A DNA stretch of 49,912 nucleotides from Actinomycetes bacterium (GCA_030425745.1 JAUHZW010000001.1:1-49912), one strand, 5' to 3'. Positions 1-11,656 are shown, numbered from the stretch's first letter. Notes: generated by a model from the letters alone, not told the origin. Made by a program: numbers and translations.

Positions 1-288
1 CGTGGCCACCGCAGCCAGCCCACTCGAGCACTGCTGATCCACGGACAGTGCCCATGTCTGCTCGGGCATCCCGCCGGCGAGGGACGCGACACGGGCGACG
101 TTGCCGCCCGGCCCCATGCAGTTGCCGAGCACAGCGCCTGCCGGCTCGACTCCTGAGGATCGGTCGAGGAGTTCGGCGATGACCGGGGCGGCCAGCTGCT
201 CGACCGTCGCGCAGCCGAGCGACCCACCCGAGGTGCCGATGGGGCTGCGGACCGCGGCGACGACAACCGGCCGCGGATCAGTGCTCAC
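1..288 (-). CDS. Thiolase (acetyl-CoA C-acyltransferase), N-terminal fragment that runs off the window edge
   Basis: My own minus-strand translation from the GTG at 288 gives VSTDPRPVVVAAVRSPIGTSGGSLG...LSVDQQCSSGLAAVAT. This is a thiolase N-terminus including the active-site Cys loop (CxSGL). It is absent from the ORF track because there is no stop inside the window. Confidence 0.8.
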   Translation of the reverse strand, partial: MSTDPRPVVVAAVRSPIGTSGGSLGCATVEQLAAPVIAELLDRSSGVEPAGAVLGNCMGPGGNVARVASLAGGMPEQTWALSVDQQCSSGLAAVAT

Positions 289-292
289 GCGG

Positions 293-1318
293 TCATCGTG
301 CCACTCGCACCGGATCGGCGGCCCGGAGCATGGCGGCGAGCGCGGAGCGGTCCACCTTGCCCGCGGCCGTCGGGGGCAGGGAGTCGACGACGAACCACTG
401 TGCCGGGCGCTGCGCAGGCGCCAGCACCTGGCGGGCCGCACCGCGCAGCCGTTCGACATCGGTGGGGTCGGTCACGGCGGCGACGACCACCGCGCCGAGG
501 CGCTCATCGGGCAGACCGACCACGCAGATCTCACCCCGGGCCTCGGCGCTCAGCGCGGCCTCCACATCGGCGACCAGAACCGTCACACCCGCCGTGGTCA
601 CCGCATCCGTCCCGCGGCCCGCCACCGTGAGCACGCCGTCGCTCATCCGGCCGAGGTCGCCGACCGTCATGAAGCCCTGTGCGTCGCGCTGCAGGGGTCC
701 GTCGCCGTCCGGGCCTTGGCCACCCGGTTCGTCGTACCGCGCACAGACATAGGGAGACCGCACCCAGATCACGCCGTCGATGATCGCGACCTCGACCCCG
801 GGAAATGCCCTGAGCCCATCGCCGCGGTCCCAGGCCACGAAGGACAGCTCGCTCGCGCCGTAGTAGTGGTGCACGACGAGGCCCGCCGCTGCCGCACGGT
901 CACGCAGGGCCGTCGGCAGCGCATCGCCCGCGACGATCACCGTGGTGCCCGGGCGCAGGAGGTCGTCGTCCACGGTGCGTCGCAGGGACAGCGGCGTGAG
1001 GTGCGCATGGGTCGCGGCGCCGGGTGCGGTCGCCAGCGCGGCCGCCGCATGCTCGGCATGGATCCGTGCGAAGAGGTTCATCGTCGCGGTGAGGGGCCCG
1101 GGGATCCACACATGAGAGTCGCCATCGATGCCGGAGAGGTCTGTGACCGCTTCGAAGGACAGCGCCCACGACTCCGGGGTGCGCAGGATGCGCCGCGGCC
1201 GGCTGGTCGTGCCCGATGTCGGCAGCGAGATCAGCCGACCCTCATCTCGGGCATGACGGAACCCCTCGACGGGATCCGCCCAGGCCGTGAGGTCGATGGA
1301 CTCAGCCGACGGGGGCAT
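293..1318 (-). CDS. Short AMP-dependent synthetase/ligase (ANL superfamily, MenE-like size)
   Basis: 341 aa. Motifs seen: TSGTTSRPRRI (AMP/P-loop motif), YYGASE, TVGDLG, and a C-terminal AAGKVDR catalytic Lys motif. The N-terminal subdomain is much shorter than in typical ANL enzymes of about 500 aa. Confidence 0.7.
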   Translation of the reverse strand: MPPSAESIDLTAWADPVEGFRHARDEGRLISLPTSGTTSRPRRILRTPESWALSFEAVTDLSGIDGDSHVWIPGPLTATMNLFARIHAEHAAAALATAPGAATHAHLTPLSLRRTVDDDLLRPGTTVIVAGDALPTALRDRAAAAGLVVHHYYGASELSFVAWDRGDGLRAFPGVEVAIIDGVIWVRSPYVCARYDEPGGQGPDGDGPLQRDAQGFMTVGDLGRMSDGVLTVAGRGTDAVTTAGVTVLVADVEAALSAEARGEICVVGLPDERLGAVVVAAVTDPTDVERLRGAARQVLAPAQRPAQWFVVDSLPPTAAGKVDRSALAAMLRAADPVRVAR

Positions 1319-1922
1319 CCGCGGACGCCTCGCGCCGGGCTCGCTGCGGCAGCAGCCCCGGGTAGGCCGAGTGGACCGGCTTGGCGATGAGCGCCGCCAG
1401 CACGGCCTTGACGATGTCGCCCGGGATGAAGACAGCCGTCGCGGCGAGCGCTGCCGGGAGGGTCAGGCCGCCGACGATCATGATGCCGCCGAGGCCGAAG
1501 ACGTACATGACGATGATGCCGCCGATGATGTTGGCGAGGACACCCCACCAGAGTCGATACGGTGCGCCTGCGCGCTGCACCAGCCAGCCGATCACCAGGG
1601 CCGCGATCGGCCAGCCGATGAGGAAGCCGACGCTGGGCGTGGTGAACACTCCCAGCCCACCCCGGCCGCCGGCGAGCAGCGGCAGGCCGATGGCCACGAG
1701 CAGCAGGAACAGCAGGACGGCTCCCGCGCCCTTGCGCGCCCCCAGGATCGACCCGGCGAGCATCACGCCCAGGGTCTGCAGGGTGATCGGCACCGGCATA
1801 CCGGGCACGGGGAAGGCGGGCACAAGACCCATCACCGAGATGATGGCGGCGAAGATGGCCATCTGGGCGAGGCCTCGAGTACTGCTGGACGCGCCCCCGC
1901 TCGCCTTGGCACGTGATGTCAT
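1302..1922 (-). CDS. bioY: Biotin transporter BioY (ECF S-component)
   Basis: Polytopic membrane protein of about 200 aa with the BioY-type PITLQTLGVMLAG motif. The start may instead be the internal Met 20 codons downstream. Confidence 0.75.
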   Translation of the reverse strand: MTSRAKASGGASSSTRGLAQMAIFAAIISVMGLVPAFPVPGMPVPITLQTLGVMLAGSILGARKGAGAVLLFLLLVAIGLPLLAGGRGGLGVFTTPSVGFLIGWPIAALVIGWLVQRAGAPYRLWWGVLANIIGGIIVMYVFGLGGIMIVGGLTLPAALAATAVFIPGDIVKAVLAALIAKPVHSAYPGLLPQRARREASADAPVG

Positions 1923-1948
1923 CGGCGCAGCGTACCGAGGCGGTCAGG

Positions 1949-3415
1949 TCACTCGGCCATGAGCCGGGCGACGCGACGGGCCAGGAAGACGTAGGCGATG
2001 CCCACCACGACGGCCACCGCGCCGAGGCCGGCGAAGAACGGGCCGAACCCGTACCCGGAGAAGAAGCGGATGACCTGACCGCCGATCGAGTCACCGACCG
2101 AGACGGCGAGGAACCACAGCGCCAGGACCTGACTGCCCAGCCCGACCGGCGCGAGCGTCGTCGAGGCGGCGAGCCCCGTCGGCGAGAGCAGCAGCTCCGC
2201 CCACGTCTGCAGCAGGTAAGCACCGATGAGCCACCACACCGCACTGTTCTGCCCGTTGTCGGCAGCGATGCCGGGCAGCACCAGCAGCCAGAAGGACAGG
2301 CCGATGCCGATGATCGCGATGGCGAACTTCATCGGTGTGCTCGGCGCCCGGTTGGCGAGCTTGGTCCACAGCCACGCGAAGATCGGCGCGAACACGATGA
2401 TGAAGATCGGGTTGACCGACTGCAGCCACGCGGCGGGCATGACCCATGTGCCGATCGATCGGTCCGTCCAGTCGCTCGCGAGGATCGTCAGCGTCGATCC
2501 GGCCTGATCGAAGATCATCCAGAACAGGGCTGCTCCGATGAACAGGGCGACGAAGGCCTTGAGCTTCGGCCGATCCGAGGGACCCACCAGTGGGGAGCGG
2601 AACAGCACGACGAAGTAGCCGATGGCGATGAGGACGATCGTCCACGTCAGGAGCATGGCGACGTCATCGACCGAGTAGCCGGTCCAGATGCCCTGGATCG
2701 CGAAGACGGCGCCGAAGGTCACGAAGCCCAGCAGCGTCAGCAAACTCACCTTGCGGATGGTGCGTGCATCGGCGCGGTGCGGCACATCGGCGCCCGCGCC
2801 GCGCAGGCTGGGCCAGCCCAGCACGTAGACCACGACGGCGATCGTCATGCCGATGCCGGCCGCGAGGAAGCCCCACTCCCAGCCGTACTCGATGGCCAGC
2901 CACCCGGTGACCAGCGGGGCGAGGAAGGCCCCGAGGTTGATGCCCATGTAGAAGATTGAGAAGGCCGAGTCCTTGCGGGCCTCGGGCTGGCCGACGTAGA
3001 GGTCACCGACCATCGCGGAGACGTTCGGCTTCAGCAGGCCGGTGCCGGCTGCGATGAGCAGCAGCCCCAGCCAGAAGAAGGACTCCCACGGCGCCGCCAT
3101 GGCGTAGTGCCCGAGGGCGATGACGATGCCGCCGAGCAGCACCGAGCGACGGGCCCCGATGATGCGGTCGGCGATCCAGCCGCCAGCGAGCGGGGTGAGG
3201 TAGACGAGGGCGTTGTACGAGCCGTAGATCGCCCCGGCCGTGGCGAGGGTGAAGCCCAGACCGGCCTGCGCGGGGTCCGCCTCATCGACAGCGGCGACCA
3301 GGTAGAGCACGAGGATGGCCCGCATCCCGTAGAACGAGAAGCGCTCCCACAACTCTGTGGTGGCGAGGGTCGCCAGCCCCCACGGATGACCGAAGAAGGT
3401 CGTGGTTCTGCTCAC
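1949..3415 (-). CDS. Proton-dependent oligopeptide transporter (POT/PTR2, DtpT-like)
   Basis: 488 aa and polytopic. The N-terminus FGHPWGLATLATTELWERFSFYGMRAIL carries the PTR2 signature. Confidence 0.85.
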   Translation of the reverse strand: MSRTTTFFGHPWGLATLATTELWERFSFYGMRAILVLYLVAAVDEADPAQAGLGFTLATAGAIYGSYNALVYLTPLAGGWIADRIIGARRSVLLGGIVIALGHYAMAAPWESFFWLGLLLIAAGTGLLKPNVSAMVGDLYVGQPEARKDSAFSIFYMGINLGAFLAPLVTGWLAIEYGWEWGFLAAGIGMTIAVVVYVLGWPSLRGAGADVPHRADARTIRKVSLLTLLGFVTFGAVFAIQGIWTGYSVDDVAMLLTWTIVLIAIGYFVVLFRSPLVGPSDRPKLKAFVALFIGAALFWMIFDQAGSTLTILASDWTDRSIGTWVMPAAWLQSVNPIFIIVFAPIFAWLWTKLANRAPSTPMKFAIAIIGIGLSFWLLVLPGIAADNGQNSAVWWLIGAYLLQTWAELLLSPTGLAASTTLAPVGLGSQVLALWFLAVSVGDSIGGQVIRFFSGYGFGPFFAGLGAVAVVVGIAYVFLARRVARLMAE

Positions 3416-4455
3416 CCATCACCCCGCGGTGCCGGGCCGGTCGATCCACGGACCACGAGCTCGGGGCGGAAGATGAACTCATCGCGCGGTGCGGGAGTGC
3501 CGTTGATCTCGTCGAGCAGGGCCTGCACGGCGGCCGTGCCCATCTCTCCGACCGCCTGACGCACCGTGGTCAGCGGCGGGTCCGTGTAGGCGATGAGTCG
3601 GGAGTCGTCATACCCGACGACGGAGACATCCTCGGGAACCCGCAGACCGCGCTGGCGGACCGTCCGGATGGCACCCAGGGCCATGAGGTCCGATCCGCAC
3701 ACGATGGCGGTCACGCCGAGGCCGAGCAGGTGATGGGCCGCGGCTTGCCCGCCCTCGACGGTGAAGAGCGAATGGCTGACCAGGCCGGCGGCCTCCTCCT
3801 CGCTCATCCCGGTCAGTCTGCCCATCGCGGCGATGAAGCCGGCTCGCTTGCGCACGACGGGAACGAAGCGCTGCGGCCCGACCGCCAGACCGATGCGGCG
3901 ATGACCCATCGAGGTCAGGTGCGACACGGCGAGGTCCATGGCCGTGACGTCGTCATCGGAGATGAAGGGTGCGTCCACGCCCTCCGCATATCCGTTGACA
4001 AGGACGAGCGGGAGCCCACGCTCCACGAGCGCCCGGTAGGCCGCGTGGTCGGCCGTCGCATCGGCATGCAGCCCGGACACGACGATGATGCCGGCCACGC
4101 CACGGTCGAGGAGGAGTTCGACGTACTCGTCCTCGGTCACGCCGCCGGGGGTCTGGGTGCACAGCACCGGCGTATAGCCGTACTGGGCGAGCAGCGTCTC
4201 CATCACCTGCGCGAACGCCGGGAAGATCGGGTTCTCCAGTTCCGGCACGATCAGGCCGACGAGGCCCGACTGGCCGCGCAGGCGGATGGGGCGCTCGTAG
4301 CCGAGGACATCGAGGGCCGTGAGCACGGCCTGCCGCGTGGTGGTCGAGACGCCGGGTCGATCGTTCAGCACGCGCGACACCGTCGCCTCGCTGACACCCG
4401 CCTGCTCGGCGATGTCGGCCAGCCGCGCGCGGGGGTTCTCTGCCACGGGCTTCAC
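3412..4455 (-). CDS. LacI-family transcriptional regulator
   Basis: N-terminal HTH LADIAEQAGVSEATVSRVLN followed by a periplasmic-binding-protein-like sugar-binding fold. GTG start, with a 4-nt overlap onto the downstream POT gene. Confidence 0.85.
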   Translation of the reverse strand: MKPVAENPRARLADIAEQAGVSEATVSRVLNDRPGVSTTTRQAVLTALDVLGYERPIRLRGQSGLVGLIVPELENPIFPAFAQVMETLLAQYGYTPVLCTQTPGGVTEDEYVELLLDRGVAGIIVVSGLHADATADHAAYRALVERGLPLVLVNGYAEGVDAPFISDDDVTAMDLAVSHLTSMGHRRIGLAVGPQRFVPVVRKRAGFIAAMGRLTGMSEEEAAGLVSHSLFTVEGGQAAAHHLLGLGVTAIVCGSDLMALGAIRTVRQRGLRVPEDVSVVGYDDSRLIAYTDPPLTTVRQAVGEMGTAAVQALLDEINGTPAPRDEFIFRPELVVRGSTGPAPRGDG

Positions 4456-4499
4456 CCTAGGGGTCGTCCCCGAGGCTCCGGCGTGGAAGGCTCATCACC

Positions 4500-5780
4500 A
4501 TGCGCATGACCGGCCGACTGGGGGAGCCGCTGCTGGCCACGCTGCCGTGGAGCACGCCACTGGAGGAGTGGCCCGAGGATCTCGTCGTCGCCCTCCCCCG
4601 CGGCATCTCGCGCCACATCGTGCGCTTCGTACGGATCGAGGGAGTCGTCTACGCGATCAAGGAGATCGAAGAGTCCTTCGCCACGCGCGAGTACTCGCTG
4701 CTGTTCGATCTTGAACGACGCGACGTGCCCTGCGTCGAGCCCGTCGGTGTGGTGCTCGACCGAACCGACGAGAGCGGCGAGCCGCTTCCAGGGGCCCTCA
4801 TCACCCGGCAGCTCGAGTTCTCCCTGCCCTACCGCGCCCTGTTCTCCACCAGCCTGCGCAAGGAGACGGCCGAGCGACTGATCGATGCGCTCGCCCTGCT
4901 GCTCGTCCAGCTTCATCTCGTCGGCTTCTCGTGGAACGACTGCTCGCTGTCGAACACGCTCTTCCGTCGCGACGCCGGCGTCTTCGCGGCATACCTCGTG
5001 GACGCAGAGACCGGCGAGCTTCACCCGCACCTGTCCGACGGGCAGCGGGAGTACGACCTCGAGACGGCGGCCACCAATGTCGCGGGCGAGTTGATGGACC
5101 TGCAGGCCGGCGGGCGCCTCCAGGAGGGCATCGACCCGATCGTCACCGGCGTCTCACTCCGCAATCGGTACGACGCCCTGTGGCAGGAGATCACCCAGCC
5201 GCTCGTCGTCTCCCGGGAGGACCGCTACCGCATGGAGTCACGGATGCGACGCCTGAATGACCTCGGGTTCGACGTGGCCGAGCTCCAGGTCGACACCCAG
5301 CCCGACGGCGAGCACATCACGGTGGCGGCCAAGGTCGTCGATGTCGGCCACCACACCCGCCGACTCATGCAACTGACCGGGCTCGACGTCGAGGAGAACC
5401 AGGCGCGGCGCCTGCTGAACGACCTGGACTCCTATCGGATGAAGCTCGGTCTGGAGACCGACGATGAGCAGATCGCCGCGCACCGCTGGGTCACCGACCG
5501 CTTCGAGTGCGTGATGGCCGAGGTCGGCCCGGAGCTACGCGGCAAGCTCGAGCCGGCGGAGATCTTCCACGAGGTGCTGGAGCACCGATGGTTCATGTCC
5601 GAGCGCGCGGGCGCGAGCGTGCCGTTCGGCGATGCGGTGTCGGATTACGTCGAGACCGTCCTGCGCGCCAAGCCCGACGAGAAGTCGGTTCTCGGAGCAA
5701 GGGAGGGGTCTGCGAGTGACGACACCGCTACCCTCAGGATCGTCCTGCCGCCAGAGTCGTCCCAGCAAGGGGAGCCCTGA
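4500..5780 (+). CDS. DUF4032 protein with an N-terminal Kdo/RIO-like kinase-fold region
   Basis: 426 aa. The N-terminal half resembles lipopolysaccharide-kinase-like proteins (YAIKEI...SWNDCSLSNTLF...LVDAETGE). The C-terminal half (HRWFMSERAG) resembles DUF4032 as I remember it. Confidence 0.6.
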   Translation: MRMTGRLGEPLLATLPWSTPLEEWPEDLVVALPRGISRHIVRFVRIEGVVYAIKEIEESFATREYSLLFDLERRDVPCVEPVGVVLDRTDESGEPLPGALITRQLEFSLPYRALFSTSLRKETAERLIDALALLLVQLHLVGFSWNDCSLSNTLFRRDAGVFAAYLVDAETGELHPHLSDGQREYDLETAATNVAGELMDLQAGGRLQEGIDPIVTGVSLRNRYDALWQEITQPLVVSREDRYRMESRMRRLNDLGFDVAELQVDTQPDGEHITVAAKVVDVGHHTRRLMQLTGLDVEENQARRLLNDLDSYRMKLGLETDDEQIAAHRWVTDRFECVMAEVGPELRGKLEPAEIFHEVLEHRWFMSERAGASVPFGDAVSDYVETVLRAKPDEKSVLGAREGSASDDTATLRIVLPPESSQQGEP

Positions 5781-6988
5781 TGCACTCGGAACTGCAGTCC
5801 CTCGTGGTCATCGCCGCGATCGCGGCGTTCGTGCCGATCATCGTGGGCGTCCTGCGGATCAAGATCGCCGAGGTGGTGCTGCTCCTCGGATTCGGCATCC
5901 TGCTGGGCCCGGAGATGGCGGGGTGGATCGAGGTCGATGACACCATCGGCCTGCTGTCCGAGCTCGGCCTGGGCCTGCTGTTCTTCCTCGCCGGACTGGA
6001 ACTCGAGCAGCGGGCGATCCGGGGCCAGAGCGGCAAGCTGGCGGCCATCGGCTGGGCAATCTCGCTGGGGCTCGCGCTGATCGTCGCCTTCATCTTCGTG
6101 GCCACCGAGAAGGCCCACGGCGTTGTCGGCATCGCGATCGCCCTCACGTCCACCGCCCTGGGCACCCTGCTGCCGATGATCCGTGACCGCGGAGAACTGA
6201 ACTCGAAGTTCGGCACCTTCTTCATGGGCGCGGGCGCATGGGGCGAGTTCGGTCCGATCGTCGCGATCTCGGTGCTGCTGAGCACGAAGTCATCGTTCGC
6301 GGCGATCATCAGCCTGTTCGCTTTCGCTGTGGTCGCCTTCGTGCTGGCCGTGGTCCCCTCTCGGTTCGCTGGGGATCGCATCCGCGAGGTCATGGAACGC
6401 GGGCACGGGACCAGTTCGCAGACGGCGCTCCGGCTGACGCTGCTGCTGGTCATCCTCATGCTCGCCCTCGCGGGCTCCTTCGGGCTGGACGTGGTGCTCG
6501 GGGCGTTCATCGCCGGCATCATCGTGCGGCGGTTCTCTCCGCCGGTCGCCGAGTCGCGCCTGCAGGTGCGCATCGAGGCGATCGGGTTCGGCTTCCTCAT
6601 CCCGCTGTTCTTCGTCGTCTCCGGTGCCACGATGGATGTCCGGTCGATCGCCGAGAACCCCCGGCCGATGCTCGTCTTCTTCGTCGCCCTGCTGATCGTG
6701 CGCGGCCTTCCACAGTGGTTCCTCTACCGCAACGCGATACCTGACACACGTCAGCGCGCCCGCTTCACGCTCTATGCCGCGACCGGCCTGCCGATCATCG
6801 TCGCGGTCACCACGATCCAGGTCGAGAATGGCGTCATGACCGCTGCCGGCGCCGCCTCCGCGGTGGGCGCCGGAGCACTGAGCGTGCTCGTGTTCCCGCT
6901 GATCGGCAACGCGCTCACCGCCGGAAGGAAGTCAGCCGACTCCACCCCCGGCGAGGGTGATCATGAGCGGGCGGAGAACACCGCCTGA
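5780..6988 (+). CDS. Cation:proton antiporter (CPA2/Kef-type membrane domain, no RCK domain)
   Basis: 402 aa with about 11-12 hydrophobic segments. Na_H_Exchanger-like N-terminus LLLGFGILLGPE...LLFFLAGLELE. Its ATG overlaps the stop of the DUF4032 gene (TGATG). Confidence 0.75.
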   Translation: MHSELQSLVVIAAIAAFVPIIVGVLRIKIAEVVLLLGFGILLGPEMAGWIEVDDTIGLLSELGLGLLFFLAGLELEQRAIRGQSGKLAAIGWAISLGLALIVAFIFVATEKAHGVVGIAIALTSTALGTLLPMIRDRGELNSKFGTFFMGAGAWGEFGPIVAISVLLSTKSSFAAIISLFAFAVVAFVLAVVPSRFAGDRIREVMERGHGTSSQTALRLTLLLVILMLALAGSFGLDVVLGAFIAGIIVRRFSPPVAESRLQVRIEAIGFGFLIPLFFVVSGATMDVRSIAENPRPMLVFFVALLIVRGLPQWFLYRNAIPDTRQRARFTLYAATGLPIIVAVTTIQVENGVMTAAGAASAVGAGALSVLVFPLIGNALTAGRKSADSTPGEGDHERAENTA

Positions 6989-7905
6989 AGGACGATGGCC
7001 GCGGCCACTGACGCGTTGAGCGACTCGTTGCCCGACGCCATCGGGATGCTGACGCGCCAGTCGCACGTCTCACCCACGAGGCGCGACAGGCCAGCGCCCT
7101 CGGCGCCGACCACGATCGCCACCTGATCGGTGAGGACTGATCGGTCCAGACCCTCGAGGGTGACGTCGGCATCGGCAGCGAGCCCGACGACGGAGAAGCC
7201 GGCCTGCTGCAGGTCCTTCAGAGCACGCGTCGTGTTGGTGACCTGCGCGACGGGAATCCGTGACAGCGCACCAGCCGAGGTCTTCCACGCAGACGCGGTG
7301 ACACCCACGGAGCGGCGGGTCGGGATCACGATGCCGTCGGCCCCGAAAGCTGCCGCGGACCGGGCGATCGCCCCGAGATTGCGGGGATCGGTCACCCCGT
7401 CGAGGACGACGACAAGGTTGCCCGACGTGATCCGGGACAGGTCGGCGTACTGGTACTCGCCGACAGTGAGCACCAGGCCCTGATGCACGCCGCCGTCAGT
7501 CATGCGATCGAGCTCGGTGCGGGCGACCTCCATGATCGGGATGCCTCGCGCCACGGCGATCTTCATCGCCTCGCGCCACCGGTCGTCGGCGTCAGCCTTG
7601 GCCTGCACATACAGCCCCGTCGCCGGGATGTCGGCGCGGAGCGCCTCGACCACGGGGTTGCGGCCCATCAGGTGGCTCCCCTGCGAGCGACGCGTGCCCG
7701 TCGACTTCGCCGGGGAGCGCTTAGCGGCACGCTTCTGTGCGGCCCGCTCGCGGCGAGCCGCCGGGTGGTGCGGACGGTCCTTCGCCTTGGGGGTCGGGCC
7801 CTTGCCCTCGAGCTTGGCGCGACGCTGGCCGCCCGAGCCGACGGTGGCACCCTTCTTGGTGCCTTCCTTGCGCATCGCGCCGCGGCGCTGTGAGTTGCCT
7901 GCCAT
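6961..7905 (-). CDS. rlmB: 23S rRNA (guanosine-2'-O)-methyltransferase RlmB / TrmH family
   Basis: SpoU/TrmH motifs NLGAIARSAAAFGADG and ESLNASVAAAIVL. It has a basic Lys/Arg-rich N-terminal extension and sits downstream of cysS, as in mycobacteria. Confidence 0.85.
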   Translation of the reverse strand: MAGNSQRRGAMRKEGTKKGATVGSGGQRRAKLEGKGPTPKAKDRPHHPAARRERAAQKRAAKRSPAKSTGTRRSQGSHLMGRNPVVEALRADIPATGLYVQAKADADDRWREAMKIAVARGIPIMEVARTELDRMTDGGVHQGLVLTVGEYQYADLSRITSGNLVVVLDGVTDPRNLGAIARSAAAFGADGIVIPTRRSVGVTASAWKTSAGALSRIPVAQVTNTTRALKDLQQAGFSVVGLAADADVTLEGLDRSVLTDQVAIVVGAEGAGLSRLVGETCDWRVSIPMASGNESLNASVAAAIVLQAVFSARS

Positions 7906-7916
7906 CGGAGCTCTCC

Positions 7917-9317
<1,401 letters not shown>

Positions 9318-9363
9318 CCCCGAACAGTACCGACCTTCGAGCCGGCTCCTGAGGGCGCGCAGG

Positions 9364-9762
9364 TCAGCGAGAGAGCAGGACGACCTTGTCCGGGCGGATC
9401 CGCACCACGACGCGGACGTTGTCAGTGCCGTCGTCCATCGTGTAGCGATCGGCGCCGGTGTAGCGCTGGCAGAGGCGATCGATGAACTCGCGGCCGCCCT
9501 CCTCGGTGATCTCGACGGTGCCGCGCACCTCGACGTAGGAGTACGGGTTGTCCTTCGGATAGACGAGGACGGACACCTTGGGGTCGCGCTCCATGTTGAG
9601 GTGCTTGCGCCGGCCCTTCACGGTGGAGAACAGCAGGTCGTCGCCGTCGCGCTCGATCCACACGACGGTCTGCTGGGGGTAGCCGTTCGGCAGCATCGTC
9701 GCGACCGTCGCGAACGCGTTGTCGTCGATCCAGGTCTGGGCGATCTCGGGAATCGTCGTCAT
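9364..9762 (-). CDS. PPOX-class (pyridoxamine 5'-phosphate oxidase-like, probably F420-dependent) protein
   Basis: 132 aa split-barrel type sequence: [18 protein letters not shown]...[25 protein letters not shown]. Confidence 0.7.
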   Translation of the reverse strand: MTTIPEIAQTWIDDNAFATVATMLPNGYPQQTVVWIERDGDDLLFSTVKGRRKHLNMERDPKVSVLVYPKDNPYSYVEVRGTVEITEEGGREFIDRLCQRYTGADRYTMDDGTDNVRVVVRIRPDKVVLLSR

Positions 9763-9797
9763 GGTGCGAGTCCGTTCGGTTCGGAAGACGTGGGGAG

Positions 9798-10289
9798 TCA
9801 GGAAGATCTGATGAGGGAGGCTACCGCGATCGCGGCCACCCCCTCATCTCGACCGGTGAGGCCCAGGCCGTCGGTGGTGGTGCCGGAGACCCGCACGGGC
9901 GCGCCGATGGCTGCACTCAGAACGTCCTGCGCCTCGTCTCTGCGTGGACCGATCTTCGGGCGGTTCCCGATGACCTGGACGCTGGCATTGCCGATGGTGA
10001 AGCCAGCGTCGCGGACGAGGGCGGCGGTGTGGCTCAGGAGCGAGACACCCGAGGCCTGCGCCCACTGCGGATCGCTGGTGCCGAACACCGACCCGAGGTC
10101 GCCGAGGCCAGCCGCGGACAGCAGGGCGTCGCACAGGGCATGAGCGGCGACGTCGGCGTCGGAGTGCCCGGCCAGCCCTACCTCGCCGGGCCAGTGCAGA
10201 CCGGCCAGCCACATGGGTCGACCCTCGTCGCCGAACGCATGGACGTCGGTGCCGATCCCGACGAGCGGGATCAGCGGATCAGACGGCAC
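9798..10289 (-). CDS. ispF: 2-C-methyl-D-erythritol 2,4-cyclodiphosphate synthase
   Basis: GIGTDVHAF and GHSDADV metal/substrate motifs. 163 aa, overlapping the end of ispD. Confidence 0.95.
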   Translation of the reverse strand: MPSDPLIPLVGIGTDVHAFGDEGRPMWLAGLHWPGEVGLAGHSDADVAAHALCDALLSAAGLGDLGSVFGTSDPQWAQASGVSLLSHTAALVRDAGFTIGNASVQVIGNRPKIGPRRDEAQDVLSAAIGAPVRVSGTTTDGLGLTGRDEGVAAIAVASLIRSS

Positions 10290-11016
10290 CGGCGGCCCTG
10301 CGTCGGGCGAGGATCGCCTCGGCGATCACCACGTCGAAGGGGCGCGTCACCTTGAGGGCCTCCTCGTGGCCGGGGACGACGAACACTGGGATGCCGATCG
10401 CCTCGACGAGCCCGGCATCGTCGGTGACGGAGAGATCGGATTCGGCGTGCGCCCGCTGGAGCACGGCCCGTTCGAAGGCCTGCGGGGTCTGGATGGCCCG
10501 CAGAGGCGTGCGGTCGACCGTGCGCACGACCTCGTCGGCGTCGTCGATCTCCTTGATGGTGTCGACGACGGGCAGGGCCGGCACCACGGCCTGATGGCCG
10601 TCGGCGATCGCGGAGACCACGCGGGTGACGACCTGCTCGGGCACGAGCGGCCGGGCGGCGTCGTGCACGAGAACGGTCTGGATGTCGTCGGGGAGGGTCA
10701 GCAGGGCGCGGGCGACGGAGTCCTGGCGGGTGTCGCCGCCGGCGACCACGGTCACGTCAGCCGGGAAGTCATGCTCGCCGAGAAGGGAGGAGAAGGTGTC
10801 GAGGGCATCCGGCGGCGCGGCGACCACCACGAGGTGGACGAGGCGGCTGGAGGCAAGGGCACGCACCGCGTGCACGAGCATGGGAACGCCGGCGAGGGGG
10901 CGGAGCGCCTTGGGGCCACCGGGACCGAGCCGCTCACCCCGGCCGGCGGCCGGGACGATCACAGCGGTGCGGCCACCCGGGTGCGACAGATCACCTGCCG
11001 CGTCGGCGGACGCCAA
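10279..11016 (-). CDS. ispD: 2-C-methyl-D-erythritol 4-phosphate cytidylyltransferase
   Basis: [14 protein letters not shown]-loop-like motif and VLVHDAARP. Located upstream of ispF. Confidence 0.9.
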   Translation of the reverse strand: MASADAAGDLSHPGGRTAVIVPAAGRGERLGPGGPKALRPLAGVPMLVHAVRALASSRLVHLVVVAAPPDALDTFSSLLGEHDFPADVTVVAGGDTRQDSVARALLTLPDDIQTVLVHDAARPLVPEQVVTRVVSAIADGHQAVVPALPVVDTIKEIDDADEVVRTVDRTPLRAIQTPQAFERAVLQRAHAESDLSVTDDAGLVEAIGIPVFVVPGHEEALKVTRPFDVVIAEAILARRRAAGAV

Positions 11017-11028
11017 AGGAATGGGTCC

Positions 11029-11511
11029 CTACGAGGCGAGGACTTCGTCGAGGATGGCCTCGGCCTTGTCCTCGTTGGTCTTCTCGGCGAGGGCGAGCTC
11101 GCTGACGAGGATCTGCCGGGCCTTGGCCAGCATGCGCTTCTCGCCGGCGGACAGACCGCGCTCGCGCTCACGACGCCACAGGTCACGGACAACCTCGGCC
11201 ACCTTGATGACGTCGCCGGAGGCGAGCTTCTCGAGGTTGGCCTTGTAGCGGCGGGACCAGTTGGTGGGCTCCTCGGTGTACGGCTGACGCAGCACGTTGA
11301 ACACCTTGTCGAGGCCCTCTTGGTTCACGACGTCGCGGACACCCACGAGGTCGACGTTGTCAGCAGGGACCCGGACGGTCAGATCGCCTTGGGCGACGCG
11401 CAGGACCAGGTACTCACGATCCTCACCCTTGATCTTCCGGATCTCCACGGATTCGATGACTGCTGCACCGTGATGGGGGTAGACAACCGTGTCGCCGACA
11501 TTGAACGTCAT
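11029..11511 (-). CDS. carD: RNA polymerase-binding transcription factor CarD
   Basis: 160 aa starting from the ATG at 11511 ([20 protein letters not shown]...). The 240-aa track ORF is an upstream over-extension. Confidence 0.9.
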   Translation of the reverse strand: MTFNVGDTVVYPHHGAAVIESVEIRKIKGEDREYLVLRVAQGDLTVRVPADNVDLVGVRDVVNQEGLDKVFNVLRQPYTEEPTNWSRRYKANLEKLASGDVIKVAEVVRDLWRRERERGLSAGEKRMLAKARQILVSELALAEKTNEDKAEAILDEVLAS

Positions 11512-11656
11512 AAGTGAGGAACCCCTTTCAAAGGACCTCAAGATTACCACGCGGGATTTGACCGCCGGCGGCCGCCGACTCAGGGCCGAGGAAGGCTGAC
11601 CACCCCGATGGCCGCCCCACGGCCACCCGCCAGGGGCCTTCGCTAGTCTTTGCGCC

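Noticed and set aside
11512-11656. Possible promoter and operator elements in the carD/lpqE-like divergent region, including the CCTTTCAAAGG palindrome
   Set aside because: Only short, weak matches are present. I could not identify convincing -10/-35 elements by eye, so this is not reported as a feature.
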